UHGV virus genome: UHGV-0286546 | Strand: one strand, 5' to 3' | Source: a virus | Length of the DNA stretch: 64,000 nucleotides | Shown: positions 1 through 9,382 of the stretch, one piece after another | Numbering within the stretch: the first letter of the stretch is position 1 | How the letters are laid out: each line of letters begins with the position of its first letter | Program-made: the position numbers and the translations under genes | The notes under the pieces: generated by a model | The model's database searches: none | Seen by the model: the letters and a program-made list of their open reading frames with translations, nothing else | What the model was told of the DNA's origin: nothing

Positions 1-749
1 TTACGTATAATGAAGAAACTTCTGCATACGATGAATATAAATTACCAAATTCTAGTATAAGCAATGTTTCTAACGCTTCACTCAACTATCTTGTACAAAG
101 ACGATATTATGAAACGTTCTTTAGCACTGTAAATGGTAAAGATTATGTACATATTATTTATAAAGGCGTATATGAATATGTACCAGAAAGAGGAATTTAT
201 ACCTTCGAAGTAAATGAAGATAAAACACAAGCAGTGTTTGTATCATATTATCCTGCTTTAGGTGGTACATTATACGAATTCTTACCAGTTAAAGAAGATA
301 ACAATAGAATTGTTCTTGCAACAAATTCTTCTTATCACGTTTTGAATTTTGATGGTATTGCTAAAAAATGGGTTTCTTCATTTGATTCTCTTAATAAAAT
401 GCAGTCTTGTATTTATACTGACGAAAATAAATTATATGTAATTTTAGCCGATAATTCTATTGTTTGTCATGATTTAGAAGGTGCTGTTATTTTAGATTTT
501 GATTTTGAAAAAACTTCCTATAATTATAACAATGCAGATATTGATAGTTATATTAGCATTTGGGCTAAAAATGCGGATAGTGATTATGTAGCAACAAATA
601 TTAAATTGACTATTGTTGGTGATGCAGTGTGGAAACAGAACGGAGAGAAAACGTTAAATACTACAACGGCTGCGTCTGGTCCAAGTAACATTCCTTTCAC
701 TATTAAAGGCCAAACAGCAATTAATGTAAGTGTTGATGCAGTAATTTAA
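1..749 (+). CDS. tail fiber-like structural protein, 5'-truncated at window edge (open frame from nt 3, in frame with track ORF 234..749)
   Basis: No stop in frame 3 from window start to 749; lies at head of a block of fiber-like genes; beta-rich composition. Confidence 0.5.
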   Translation, partial: TYNEETSAYDEYKLPNSSISNVSNASLNYLVQRRYYETFFSTVNGKDYVHIIYKGVYEYVPERGIYTFEVNEDKTQAVFVSYYPALGGTLYEFLPVKEDNNRIVLATNSSYHVLNFDGIAKKWVSSFDSLNKMQSCIYTDENKLYVILADNSIVCHDLEGAVILDFDFEKTSYNYNNADIDSYISIWAKNADSDYVATNIKLTIVGDAVWKQNGEKTLNTTTAASGPSNIPFTIKGQTAINVSVDAVI

Positions 750-758
750 AAATAAACA

Positions 759-1928
759 ATGTCAGAAGCATATGGATATTATACGTACGGCGATGAAAAA
801 GCAAGGCATGTTGTTGGAACATCGTCGTACGGAATTAAAAAATTAAATACCGATATAAATTTAATATCTAAAGAAGCAAATTGTTACATAAAGACTTTAG
901 ATAAGGATTTAACATATACTTTAAAAAATACTGTTTCAAAAAATAGTGTTTGTTATTATCACAATCTTAATAAATCTGCAAATATACATCTATATTATAA
1001 AGAAACGGATTTAACGTCTTCGACTCCTGAATATATAAAAATTGATGAAGATACTTTTTCTTTTTCTTCTGATGTTAATGGATATTATGAAATCGGATTA
1101 GAAGGACAAATTGCTACACATAATGTTATAATAAATGTTCAGCCTGAAACAGCAATAACAAAAATAAATAATACAGAGCAAAATACTTATGTTGCAGTTG
1201 ACACAGAAGATCTCAATTGGGAAGTTTCGGCAGAAGGATATGTACCTCAAAGCGGTGAAATTTTAAATATACGTGAAAATAAAGTTTTAGACATTACATT
1301 ATTAGAAGCTGTTTTATTAACAATTACATGTAATATAGAGAATGCAACTATTCTTATTAACGGAATAGAAGGTGCTAGTCAAAAAGTCGTTAAGGGTGAA
1401 GAAATAACATATGTTGTATCTGCTCCTGCTTATAAAACAAAAACAGAAACTTTAATATTAAATGCAGACACTGTAATTGAAGTTGAATTAGAAAAAAATA
1501 TTGTAAATATAGTATATCCAGGTACTACATTACCAAGTACAGTAACAACAGAAGGAATAGGTCCGAGTAGTAGTTATGCATTTTATAATACTGGGTCACA
1601 ATTATATAGTTATAAAGGATCTTATCACATTAACAGTGGTTCTTCCATAGCATATATTAGATTTAGAAGCCCAGATGAAGCAAGTCAATTATCATTAAGA
1701 GCATATGTTAGTTCCGAAGCAAAGCATGATTTTGGAAGAATTTATTTGAATGGATCACGAATTTTTTCACAATCAGGTACATCAAATTCTTGGGTAACAG
1801 TAACGTGTGATTTAACACCAAATACTGACTATGAATTAAAACTACGATATACAAAAGATGGTTCCGGAAATAAAGGTAGTGACCGTCTATATGTTTCAAA
1901 TATCACCTTTAGTACATTTGGAGATTAG
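759..1928 (+). CDS. putative tail fiber / receptor-binding structural protein (389 aa)
   Basis: Tightly packed in same operon as fiber genes (10-nt spacing); S/T/N-rich beta-type composition; no recognisable catalytic motif. Confidence 0.45.
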   Translation: MSEAYGYYTYGDEKARHVVGTSSYGIKKLNTDINLISKEANCYIKTLDKDLTYTLKNTVSKNSVCYYHNLNKSANIHLYYKETDLTSSTPEYIKIDEDTFSFSSDVNGYYEIGLEGQIATHNVIINVQPETAITKINNTEQNTYVAVDTEDLNWEVSAEGYVPQSGEILNIRENKVLDITLLEAVLLTITCNIENATILINGIEGASQKVVKGEEITYVVSAPAYKTKTETLILNADTVIEVELEKNIVNIVYPGTTLPSTVTTEGIGPSSSYAFYNTGSQLYSYKGSYHINSGSSIAYIRFRSPDEASQLSLRAYVSSEAKHDFGRIYLNGSRIFSQSGTSNSWVTVTCDLTPNTDYELKLRYTKDGSGNKGSDRLYVSNITFSTFGD

Positions 1929-1930
1929 AT

Positions 1931-2614
1931 GTGGATGACGAAATAATCAAAGAAAGTGCTGATAATAATTGTTGGTATAAAATATATAAATCGGGAAGAG
2001 TAGTAAGTGGAATAAAAACAAGATACATAGGTAATCCTTTAACTTTTAACTTACCTTTTAAATTTACTAATACAGAATATACAATAAATAGTATAAACAT
2101 TCCACAATATAATCCAATGCAGCATTATTCTGATAAATCTGCAGTTTGTTATAATTCACATTGGGTTATAAATGAAACTGAAGGATTAGTACCAGAAAGA
2201 AAAGTAAATAAAAAAGTATATTCTCAAAGTGTTGTTGTAGGCTTTAATGAAAGTAATGTATGTCCTATAAATAAAACAGCATATACATTTGGTACACCTA
2301 TTCCTAAAGTTACATCATTTAAAGGGCCTACGAAAACTGCAAATGTAGAAAATATTTCAAGTGATCCAACAGTTGGTGTAAGTACAGGAACATTAAATGA
2401 AATTCGGTTATCTTTAGCAACAAATCAGTTTATTACATTAAAGGTTGATATTTCTGGTGCTAAAATTAATAATTTACCTACTGGATTTACATTTGCTAAT
2501 AGTGAAATAACAGGTGCAGCTAAAAATCCTGGAGAATATCGGTTTAATATAGTATCGGAAGCAATAACTGTCCCAGTAATAATGAAAGTTAGTAATATTA
2601 TTAGAATATCTTGA
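1931..2614 (+). CDS. hypothetical structural protein (227 aa)
   Basis: ORF 3 nt after previous gene; S/T/N/V-rich like fiber proteins. Confidence 0.45.
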   Translation: MDDEIIKESADNNCWYKIYKSGRVVSGIKTRYIGNPLTFNLPFKFTNTEYTINSINIPQYNPMQHYSDKSAVCYNSHWVINETEGLVPERKVNKKVYSQSVVVGFNESNVCPINKTAYTFGTPIPKVTSFKGPTKTANVENISSDPTVGVSTGTLNEIRLSLATNQFITLKVDISGAKINNLPTGFTFANSEITGAAKNPGEYRFNIVSEAITVPVIMKVSNIIRIS

Positions 2615-2632
2615 GTGTTTATAGAGGTTTAA

Positions 2633-4426
2633 ATGAAAAAAGTAGTAGAAAATATTATTCAAATTAAGAATCCAGATGGTTATCACTTATTTCCTAAAAC
2701 CAAGGCGTCTGCGGTATATATGGGTGATGGTAAAACATTAGGAAACATAGATCCAAATGCTCAAGAAAACAAAATTGAATCTATCTTAGTAAATGGAAAA
2801 GAATTACCAGTAGAAGGTAAAGCTGTTAATATTAATATTTCAGAAACGACTGGTGGTGTAAGTGATTATGTTTTACTTGAAAATAAACCTAAAATTAATA
2901 ATATTGAATTAGCAGGTAACAAAACTACAATTGATTTGGGTTTGGCTTCATCTTCTGAAGTTAAGAGATTAAATACAAAAATTGAAAACTCAGAAGTAGA
3001 AATTAATACAATAAACACTCAAATCACTATGTTAAATGACCAATTGACGACTACGACTGAAAATGCAAATAAAGCGTTGGAAGAAATAGAACAAACTTCT
3101 GCGTTAATTGAAAATGTTAATAATGATTTAAACACTGAAATAACAAGAGCATTAAAAACTGAACAATCCTTAGATGAAACCAAACAGAATAAATTGGTTG
3201 CGGAAAATGGCATTGTTATTAGAGAAGATTCGAATTCAGATAATACAGTAATTGCACTTGATAATGAATATGTAACGGTACCTTTCTTTAATACTCAGTT
3301 AGAAAGCCTATCTTCAGCGATTATTCAAGACTTAGATGGTTTACAGGAAAATAAACAAAATAATCTTACAGCTGGTTTTGGTATTAAACTTGAGAACGAT
3401 ATAATTTCTTTAGATGTCGAAAGTCCTGAAGAAGAATCTGGAAGTGGTAGTGGTGGAGGTAGTGCTTTTCCTACTCTTCAACTTAAAACAGATGACTTAA
3501 AAACAACCAATTCTTTGTATTTCGACGGTGATAAAGTTGATAGAGTTAAAGTTAATTCAAAAGATATGGTTTTGACTGGTGATAATTTAAAATACTTTAT
3601 TAAATCAGACGGTGAATATACAGAAATTAAAAAAATCGAATATGATATGTGTCAATTCAGTGCTCCAGACTTAGATATTGGTTATATATCGTTGAATCCT
3701 GGATTTACACAGACTTTAAATTTCAATACATACGTTATAGATGAAAATACTGTAATTGAAGATAATTTCTTTGTTGAAGTACCGCGTGATTTTGATAATA
3801 AGTTAACTCCTTTATACAATTATCGTACCGGTTCAGAAATGTATTCATTCGAAGTCTGGACTGATGAATTTGTTGAAGACATGACAGGATTAGGTTCAAC
3901 TGCTATGCCTAGAAAGGCTTTATTACAAGCTTACAGTATGGATGAAATGTCTTTAGCCCGTGTTGCTTTGATTGACTGTTCATATCTTTTCGGTAAACCT
4001 ACTCGTCCATATTTAGCAGTATTTATTAGAGGTTTAAATGGATATTGGCGTACGATAGTTGCTTATAACTTTTACAACTCTATTCCAGATAGCGTTGTTG
4101 GAAATGGAATAGGTAGATATACAATCGGTTTACAGCATTGGGTATGGGAACAAATTCAGCGTAATACTTTAAAAGGTATGGATTTAGACAAACTTAGTAA
4201 ATCGAATAAAAATAGCATCGATTCGATAAAAACTACACTTGACGCTCTGGATACAAAAACTTCTAATAACACGAAAGATATTACTGCGTTACAAACACGA
4301 GTTGATCAGCTTAATTCAGAGTTAAGTACGAGTTTAGCAAATATTGAACAAAGATTACTGACTATAGAAAATAATGTAAGTTCGATGTTAGTAAGATTAG
4401 AAGCACTAGAAGCTAGAAATAGTTAA
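2633..4426 (+). CDS. tail fiber protein (597 aa): conserved N-terminal fiber motif, G/S linker, C-terminal coiled coil
   Basis: N-terminus ...VLLENKPKINNIELAGNKTTIDLGL shares motif NKPxINNxEhxGxxSLxxLG with ORFs 6987..7859 and 8736..9236; GSGSGGGS linker; heptad-like Q/L/N-rich N- and C-terminal segments. Confidence 0.7.
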   Translation: MKKVVENIIQIKNPDGYHLFPKTKASAVYMGDGKTLGNIDPNAQENKIESILVNGKELPVEGKAVNINISETTGGVSDYVLLENKPKINNIELAGNKTTIDLGLASSSEVKRLNTKIENSEVEINTINTQITMLNDQLTTTTENANKALEEIEQTSALIENVNNDLNTEITRALKTEQSLDETKQNKLVAENGIVIREDSNSDNTVIALDNEYVTVPFFNTQLESLSSAIIQDLDGLQENKQNNLTAGFGIKLENDIISLDVESPEEESGSGSGGGSAFPTLQLKTDDLKTTNSLYFDGDKVDRVKVNSKDMVLTGDNLKYFIKSDGEYTEIKKIEYDMCQFSAPDLDIGYISLNPGFTQTLNFNTYVIDENTVIEDNFFVEVPRDFDNKLTPLYNYRTGSEMYSFEVWTDEFVEDMTGLGSTAMPRKALLQAYSMDEMSLARVALIDCSYLFGKPTRPYLAVFIRGLNGYWRTIVAYNFYNSIPDSVVGNGIGRYTIGLQHWVWEQIQRNTLKGMDLDKLSKSNKNSIDSIKTTLDALDTKTSNNTKDITALQTRVDQLNSELSTSLANIEQRLLTIENNVSSMLVRLEALEARNS

Positions 4427-4518
4427 TAAAATTTTATAAATTATATCTTTTACATAGTAATTCCCTGAATAAAGTTCTAATAAATAATGATTGGACTAAT
4501 TTAGGGAATTATTTTATT

Positions 4519-5139
4519 ATGCTCAAATTTCTTAAATCCATTGTGGAATATTTAAAACATGCTGTTTGGTTAATACCTGTTACTTTATCTGCTATTTTAT
4601 GTATGTACTTTATGAATCTTTTTCAGCGTATAGATGAAGCACAGTTACGCAGACAAATTGATGAAAGAGATAGTATTATAGAAATTACCAAGTTCATTAA
4701 AACGAAAGATACTTTATACGCATATTTAGATATTATAGATAGATTCGAAGATAATAATTTATATCTATTGGATAATAAGTTAGAATTATTACCAGATAAG
4801 AGACATACCAGACATTGTTATTATTCGATGTATAGTGTAACTCCTCCGTTTGAAATAGAAAAATTTAGACAGGAGATGTTAAAAAACAAGGTTGGTACAT
4901 TTGATCATAAAATAGTCCCAGGTATAAAAATTAATTTTCAATATCGTCATATACGTGCAGACAATAAAGAATATATTTTATTAGCCGGCGTTCATAATTA
5001 CGTTAAATTACCAGAAGAAGAAGAATTATATTTTGCGATTGGTTTACTTTTACTTTTTACAGCCGTTTGCAATCTTATTATTGTTATTTATGCAAAGCAC
5101 ATGAGATATTTGTGTCATCTGGAAAATGATAAAGAATAA
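4519..5139 (+). CDS. membrane protein (N- and C-terminal TM helices)
   Basis: Two hydrophobic segments (LIPVTLSAILCMYFMNLF; IGLLLLFTAVCNLIIVIYA); precedes lysis-like genes. Confidence 0.5.
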   Translation: MLKFLKSIVEYLKHAVWLIPVTLSAILCMYFMNLFQRIDEAQLRRQIDERDSIIEITKFIKTKDTLYAYLDIIDRFEDNNLYLLDNKLELLPDKRHTRHCYYSMYSVTPPFEIEKFRQEMLKNKVGTFDHKIVPGIKINFQYRHIRADNKEYILLAGVHNYVKLPEEEELYFAIGLLLLFTAVCNLIIVIYAKHMRYLCHLENDKE

Positions 5140-5474
5140 TGGAGAAAATAGAAATGCAAGAACAAGGTGCCAAGTATCCAGAGGTGCTGACAGTCTTTTT
5201 ATGTTTTATCTTGGCATTATTAGGTGGAACAGCAAAAGAATTATCTAAATCTGAAGAAGCTTTTACATGGAGAAATTTCTTAAAAAATATCTTTGTATCT
5301 GGATTTTGTGGTATAATTGTAGGTTTATTTGCTCCGGATTTTGACCATAAAAATTGGATTATGGTATGTGCTGGTATTTCTGGTGTTGCTGGAATTCAAT
5401 TTTTAGATTTTTGTACTGAGATTTTAAAAACAGTAATTAAAAAGACAATTGACGCCGAAACAAAAAAGGAATAA
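5139..5474 (+). CDS. putative holin-like small membrane protein (3 predicted TM, 111 aa)
   Basis: Three hydrophobic helices, charged C-terminus; ATGA overlap with upstream gene; adjacent to spanin-like pair. Confidence 0.45.
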   Translation: MEKIEMQEQGAKYPEVLTVFLCFILALLGGTAKELSKSEEAFTWRNFLKNIFVSGFCGIIVGLFAPDFDHKNWIMVCAGISGVAGIQFLDFCTEILKTVIKKTIDAETKKE

Positions 5475-5477
5475 TCA

Positions 5478-5792
5478 ATGATAGCGAATAAAGCGAGTCT
5501 TATTACTATTGCCGTTTCTATTTTGGCTGCAGTTATATTTTTTATGCTTTGGCAAATTTCACAAGATAATTTAAAGAATACAAGAGAAAAATTGTGTGAT
5601 GCAAATAATACTATTCAGACATTAAAAAATGATAACGATAAATTACTTGTATATATTCAAACAAAAGATCAAGAAATTAAAAAAATCGAAAAAGAATATA
5701 TAAATAAATTAAATAATATTCCAAAAGATAATTGTGGTGATACTAAACCTTCAAAAGAATTACTTGATTATTTAAAACAGAATGCACAATGA
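5478..5792 (+). CDS. i-spanin-like protein (N-terminal TM anchor + coiled coil)
   Basis: Single N-terminal TM (SLITIAVSILAAVIFFMLW) followed by K/E/L-rich helical region; overlaps downstream lipoprotein gene by 4 nt. Confidence 0.5.
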   Translation: MIANKASLITIAVSILAAVIFFMLWQISQDNLKNTREKLCDANNTIQTLKNDNDKLLVYIQTKDQEIKKIEKEYINKLNNIPKDNCGDTKPSKELLDYLKQNAQ

Positions 5793-6034
5793 AAATATTA
5801 TGTAGAATTTTAGGATTGTTGATATTTTTCTTATTTTTGTTCAGTATGCTTTTTGGGTGTACTTCTACAACGCAGGTAAATGTATCTACAAACAATTTAG
5901 TACAAACAGATTATGATTATCAATGTTTAGATAGTACTAAAACTTTTACACAAATTATAGTTTGTTATCAAGCTCAAGATAAAGCAGAAAAAGTCCAAAA
6001 CAAGATAACAAACGAATTACTTAAAAATAAATAA
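5789..6034 (+). CDS. o-spanin-like outer-membrane lipoprotein
   Basis: Signal peptide with lipobox LFGC (MKILCRILGLLIFFLFLFSMLFGC); ATGA overlap with i-spanin-like gene. Confidence 0.5.
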   Translation: MKILCRILGLLIFFLFLFSMLFGCTSTTQVNVSTNNLVQTDYDYQCLDSTKTFTQIIVCYQAQDKAEKVQNKITNELLKNK

Positions 6035-6035
6035 A

Positions 6036-6070
6036 AATAAAGGCTCGTTTTTTGACCGTACACGAGCCTT
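6036..6070. terminator. bidirectional intrinsic terminator between convergent + and - gene blocks
   Basis: Hairpin AAAGGCTCGT-tttttgaccgtac-ACGAGCCTTTT flanked by A/T runs on both sides. Confidence 0.7.
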
Positions 6071-6093
6071 TTAATTTAATCTTAAGAGTTTCT

Positions 6094-6972
6094 CTAGAAA
6101 GTTAATTTAGCTACACACATGACCAATTTTTCGGCATCTGTGTCATTGTCTTCTAATGCGATAGCAACTACTTTTCTAAAATCATACCATTTTTTAACAC
6201 AACCGACTCCGGCAATCTTACTGAGTACAATTTTATCAAACTTTTTAACTTTACCAACAACTCTTACTTTTACTTTGCCGACGAGAGCAATACTTTGACC
6301 TTTGCTTTTCGAATTTAAAATAAAACCTGGTTTTTCAGAAATTACACCATTCACTTCTTTATCAGCTATAGTTATTTCTTTTTCACCACCGAATTTAATC
6401 AATGTACCAACTGGATATTTTTCATCACTAAGATATTTTTCGGCTAAGTCTGCATATCGAGCTTGAGTTGCAACACCATTAAAGATGGGTGCGGTAATAG
6501 TACCTGGAAATTGACTATCACCAGCTTCATTCATCAATGTAATTTGTTTATCTAAGCTGTTTGTACCCGCATTTATAGTAGTATTTGAAGTATAACCAAG
6601 TAATAATTTATCTTGATAGGTGTTTAATGTGAATTTACCATTTGTACTATTCGTTTTAATAGCTGTAACATAAGCGCCGTTTGCAGCTTTTGAGTTTAAT
6701 ATAGCGGTGCCTTGGTTACCATTCAAATACGTATTTGTTAAAATATCAGTATTCAAACGATCAACTTCAATAGTATCTGGTAAAGGTTGCCAAATAAGCT
6801 TACTACCATCTGTATATAAGTAACTTCCAGCTTTTCCTGCAATCTCAGAAATTACACCGCCGATCGTTAAAGTACCTTCGGCTGTAACGTCTAAATCTTC
6901 TCCGATGATAACACCGCCTTTTTTAGTAGTGGTTGCAGGAGGTAAAACACTGTCTATAATTCTAATTGCCAT
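6094..6972 (-). CDS. tail fiber protein (292 aa) with N-terminal TTTKKGGVIIG fiber motif
   Basis: N-terminal ATTTKKGGVIIGEDL resembles A(S/T)xTxxG(I/V)VxL motif of phage fiber proteins; T/N/G-rich beta composition. Confidence 0.55.
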   Translation of the reverse strand: MAIRIIDSVLPPATTTKKGGVIIGEDLDVTAEGTLTIGGVISEIAGKAGSYLYTDGSKLIWQPLPDTIEVDRLNTDILTNTYLNGNQGTAILNSKAANGAYVTAIKTNSTNGKFTLNTYQDKLLLGYTSNTTINAGTNSLDKQITLMNEAGDSQFPGTITAPIFNGVATQARYADLAEKYLSDEKYPVGTLIKFGGEKEITIADKEVNGVISEKPGFILNSKSKGQSIALVGKVKVRVVGKVKKFDKIVLSKIAGVGCVKKWYDFRKVVAIALEDNDTDAEKLVMCVAKLTF

Positions 6973-6986
6973 TTTATATCCTCAAA

Positions 6987-7859
6987 CTATAAAGCAGTTA
7001 AATATTCTTCAAATTTTAATATTTCGATATCAGGAAAATTTTTATTCTGTGGAATATCACGTAAGTATTGAGCATACTGTAATAATTTAAAATAAATGTT
7101 TTCCGAATCTTCTGTTTTAATACCTAATTTAGTTTGTTGTTCAAAGCGTGTGATTCGCCATAATACATTTTCTAAATTTTGGTTGCGTTCTTCTCTTTTT
7201 AATTCTTCTTTTGATTTTTCTCTTTCGATAATATAAGGCTCTGCAACGTTACTTTCAAACGAAGATAATTCATCTGCCACTTTTAAAGATAACTCGGCAT
7301 TAGAAACATACTTACGTAATACTTTCGAAAGATCAGCTTTTGTAATATATTCTGCTTTTTTTAATGTGTTAATTAATTCATCTATTTCTTCTTTTGAATA
7401 TACATCTTCGTTACAAGCTTTTTCTGATATTAATTTTTTTACTTCGTCGGCAGTAACGTAATTTGTATCTTTAAGTAAATCAGATTCTGTTAGTACTACA
7501 TTGTTTGCTAAAACTTTTCCATTAATTGTTGGCTTATTTGAAAGAGTATTATAATCTAAATCAGTATCTTTAAGTTTATTTAAAACCGTATCGTGGGTAA
7601 ATTTAATTTTAGCGTTTATTTCACTTAATCTTGTATCGATATTCTTGTGTAATTCTTCAAAATCTTTAACAGTTGTAGTTACAAATTCAGCAAAATTATC
7701 TGTTTCAACATAACTTCCTTTCGGTTGAATACCCAAATCTGATAAAGATAAATTACCATTTAATTCGATATGATTAATAGAAGGTCTATTTTCTAAAGTG
7801 AGATAATCTTTAGAAGGAGTATATCCAGCAACTATTTTATCACCTTGTCTAATAGTCAT
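6987..7859 (-). CDS. tail fiber protein (290 aa) with shared N-terminal fiber motif and coiled-coil C-terminus
   Basis: N-terminus LTLENRPSINHIELNGNLSLSDLG matches motif of 2633..4426 and 8736..9236. Confidence 0.6.
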   Translation of the reverse strand: MTIRQGDKIVAGYTPSKDYLTLENRPSINHIELNGNLSLSDLGIQPKGSYVETDNFAEFVTTTVKDFEELHKNIDTRLSEINAKIKFTHDTVLNKLKDTDLDYNTLSNKPTINGKVLANNVVLTESDLLKDTNYVTADEVKKLISEKACNEDVYSKEEIDELINTLKKAEYITKADLSKVLRKYVSNAELSLKVADELSSFESNVAEPYIIEREKSKEELKREERNQNLENVLWRITRFEQQTKLGIKTEDSENIYFKLLQYAQYLRDIPQNKNFPDIEILKFEEYLTAL

Positions 7860-7862
7860 TTG

Positions 7863-8168
7863 TTATTCCTTTGGATATTTCTTTTTTATTTGATTAATAG
7901 TGTTAAACCAGACATTTGTACCTTTAACTTTATCCCAATACAACATGTCTAATTGATCTTCTAAACTTGGGTATTCTGCCAATCTCGCTGCAATAGCTTT
8001 TTCTGCTTTTACTTTTGATTCTAAAACATACTGATTGTTTACAAATACATAGTTTTCATTCGTTTTAATTATTTCGTCAAAGATAATAAATGGAATATTT
8101 TCTAATTCTTCTTTTGTTTTAGCTACTGCGATTATCTTATTGTCTTTATATGCTAAGTACTGACTCAT
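7863..8168 (-). CDS. hypothetical protein (101 aa), possible fiber assembly factor
   Basis: Small ORF overlapping neighbours by 4 nt inside fiber gene block. Confidence 0.45.
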   Translation of the reverse strand: MSQYLAYKDNKIIAVAKTKEELENIPFIIFDEIIKTNENYVFVNNQYVLESKVKAEKAIAARLAEYPSLEDQLDMLYWDKVKGTNVWFNTINQIKKKYPKE

Positions 8169-8731
8169 TCAAATTTATCTCCTTTAACGTATAAGAAATT
8201 TACAGTCTCACCAGCAAAAGTATATTCAATCTTTAATTCATCGTCTTTTAATACGGGAATAAACAGCGAATACATTGAATGAGCACGCGTAGATACACAA
8301 TGCTGATAAATAGTATTCATTATTTTACTGTGTACTGAAATGTATTGACCGAGTGAAGTACAATATTTATTCAGTAAGATATATCCATTTTCAGGAATTT
8401 TATAAGTAGAACCAGATGCAAATAATTGTAAAGAGACTGTACTTATTCCATTTTTTGTGGATTCTGCTTCGATTTCATTCCATTTTAGTATTCCGTCAGA
8501 GGCTTCTAATAAATGGCATCCAGACTGTGGCACTCTTGGAAGAAGACCTTGTAAAGTTTCATATATTTTAGATGACGACCAAGTTTTATCTTTATATAAA
8601 CCAGAATCTTCAAGTAAATCTATAACTTCACAATCGTCTGTGATAATATATGTAATGTCGTCATCGTGTTTTGACAATGCATTATATTCAGCTAATGTAC
8701 CCTTCCACAACTTTTCTTTTTTCGTTGTCAT
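8165..8731 (-). CDS. hypothetical structural protein (188 aa)
   Basis: ORF in fiber block, 4-nt overlaps both sides. Confidence 0.45.
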   Translation of the reverse strand: MTTKKEKLWKGTLAEYNALSKHDDDITYIITDDCEVIDLLEDSGLYKDKTWSSSKIYETLQGLLPRVPQSGCHLLEASDGILKWNEIEAESTKNGISTVSLQLFASGSTYKIPENGYILLNKYCTSLGQYISVHSKIMNTIYQHCVSTRAHSMYSLFIPVLKDDELKIEYTFAGETVNFLYVKGDKFE

Positions 8732-8735
8732 TTAA

Positions 8736-9236
8736 TTAGCTCCAATAAGACTGTAAGTTACCAATCCAATTAACACCTTGATCAAAACTTCTAAATGCTA
8801 ATAAATAATTATTATTTGCTTCTATTAAAGGCACTTCTCCACTTAACCATTTTACACTACCTGGCCAAGTAATTGTTCCAACTGTCGCAGACGCTGGTAT
8901 ATATAATTCAAAAGTTATAATCTTTCCAGGTACATTTCCAGTCAAAGAAGAAGTATCGAATGTAAATGTAACATCACCTGTAATAGTATAACTATAAATA
9001 CTAGTCGACGCAGTTAATGCTATATTGTTAGTAGTAGAAATTAAATCTTGATAAATTGTACAAGCATGAGTAGCAAAAGCATTGTCAACTTCTGCTTTTG
9101 TATAACAGCCTAACGAATCTAAACTAATTTCCCCTTTTATTTCTACATTATTAATTTTGGGTTTGTTAGTTAAAACATTGTAATCTGTAGTCCCAGAAGG
9201 ACCCGCAATTAATGTATCTCCAATATAAACTGACAT
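8736..9236 (-). CDS. fiber-like protein (166 aa) with shared N-terminal fiber motif
   Basis: N-terminus TDYNVLTNKPKINNVEIKGEISLDSLG nearly identical in pattern to N-termini of 2633..4426 and 6987..7859. Confidence 0.55.
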   Translation of the reverse strand: MSVYIGDTLIAGPSGTTDYNVLTNKPKINNVEIKGEISLDSLGCYTKAEVDNAFATHACTIYQDLISTTNNIALTASTSIYSYTITGDVTFTFDTSSLTGNVPGKIITFELYIPASATVGTITWPGSVKWLSGEVPLIEANNNYLLAFRSFDQGVNWIGNLQSYWS

Positions 9237-9382
9237 TCTTTGTTTTCCTTACTTTATATATAGTATATAGAACTTTAATAATAAAAGCCCAATTTCTAAT
9301 ACGAAATATAACCAAATAAACAAAAAGTCTCAGAAAATCAATCTGAGACTTTATGCAACGCTATTTCAAATTATAACGTTTA

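Noticed and set aside
3430-3470. GSGSGGGS-encoding GGTAGTGGTAGTGGTGGAGGTAGT repeat considered as possible CRISPR/tandem repeat
   Set aside because: Short in-frame glycine/serine linker inside fiber gene; no spacer-repeat architecture; no CRISPR arrays anywhere in the window
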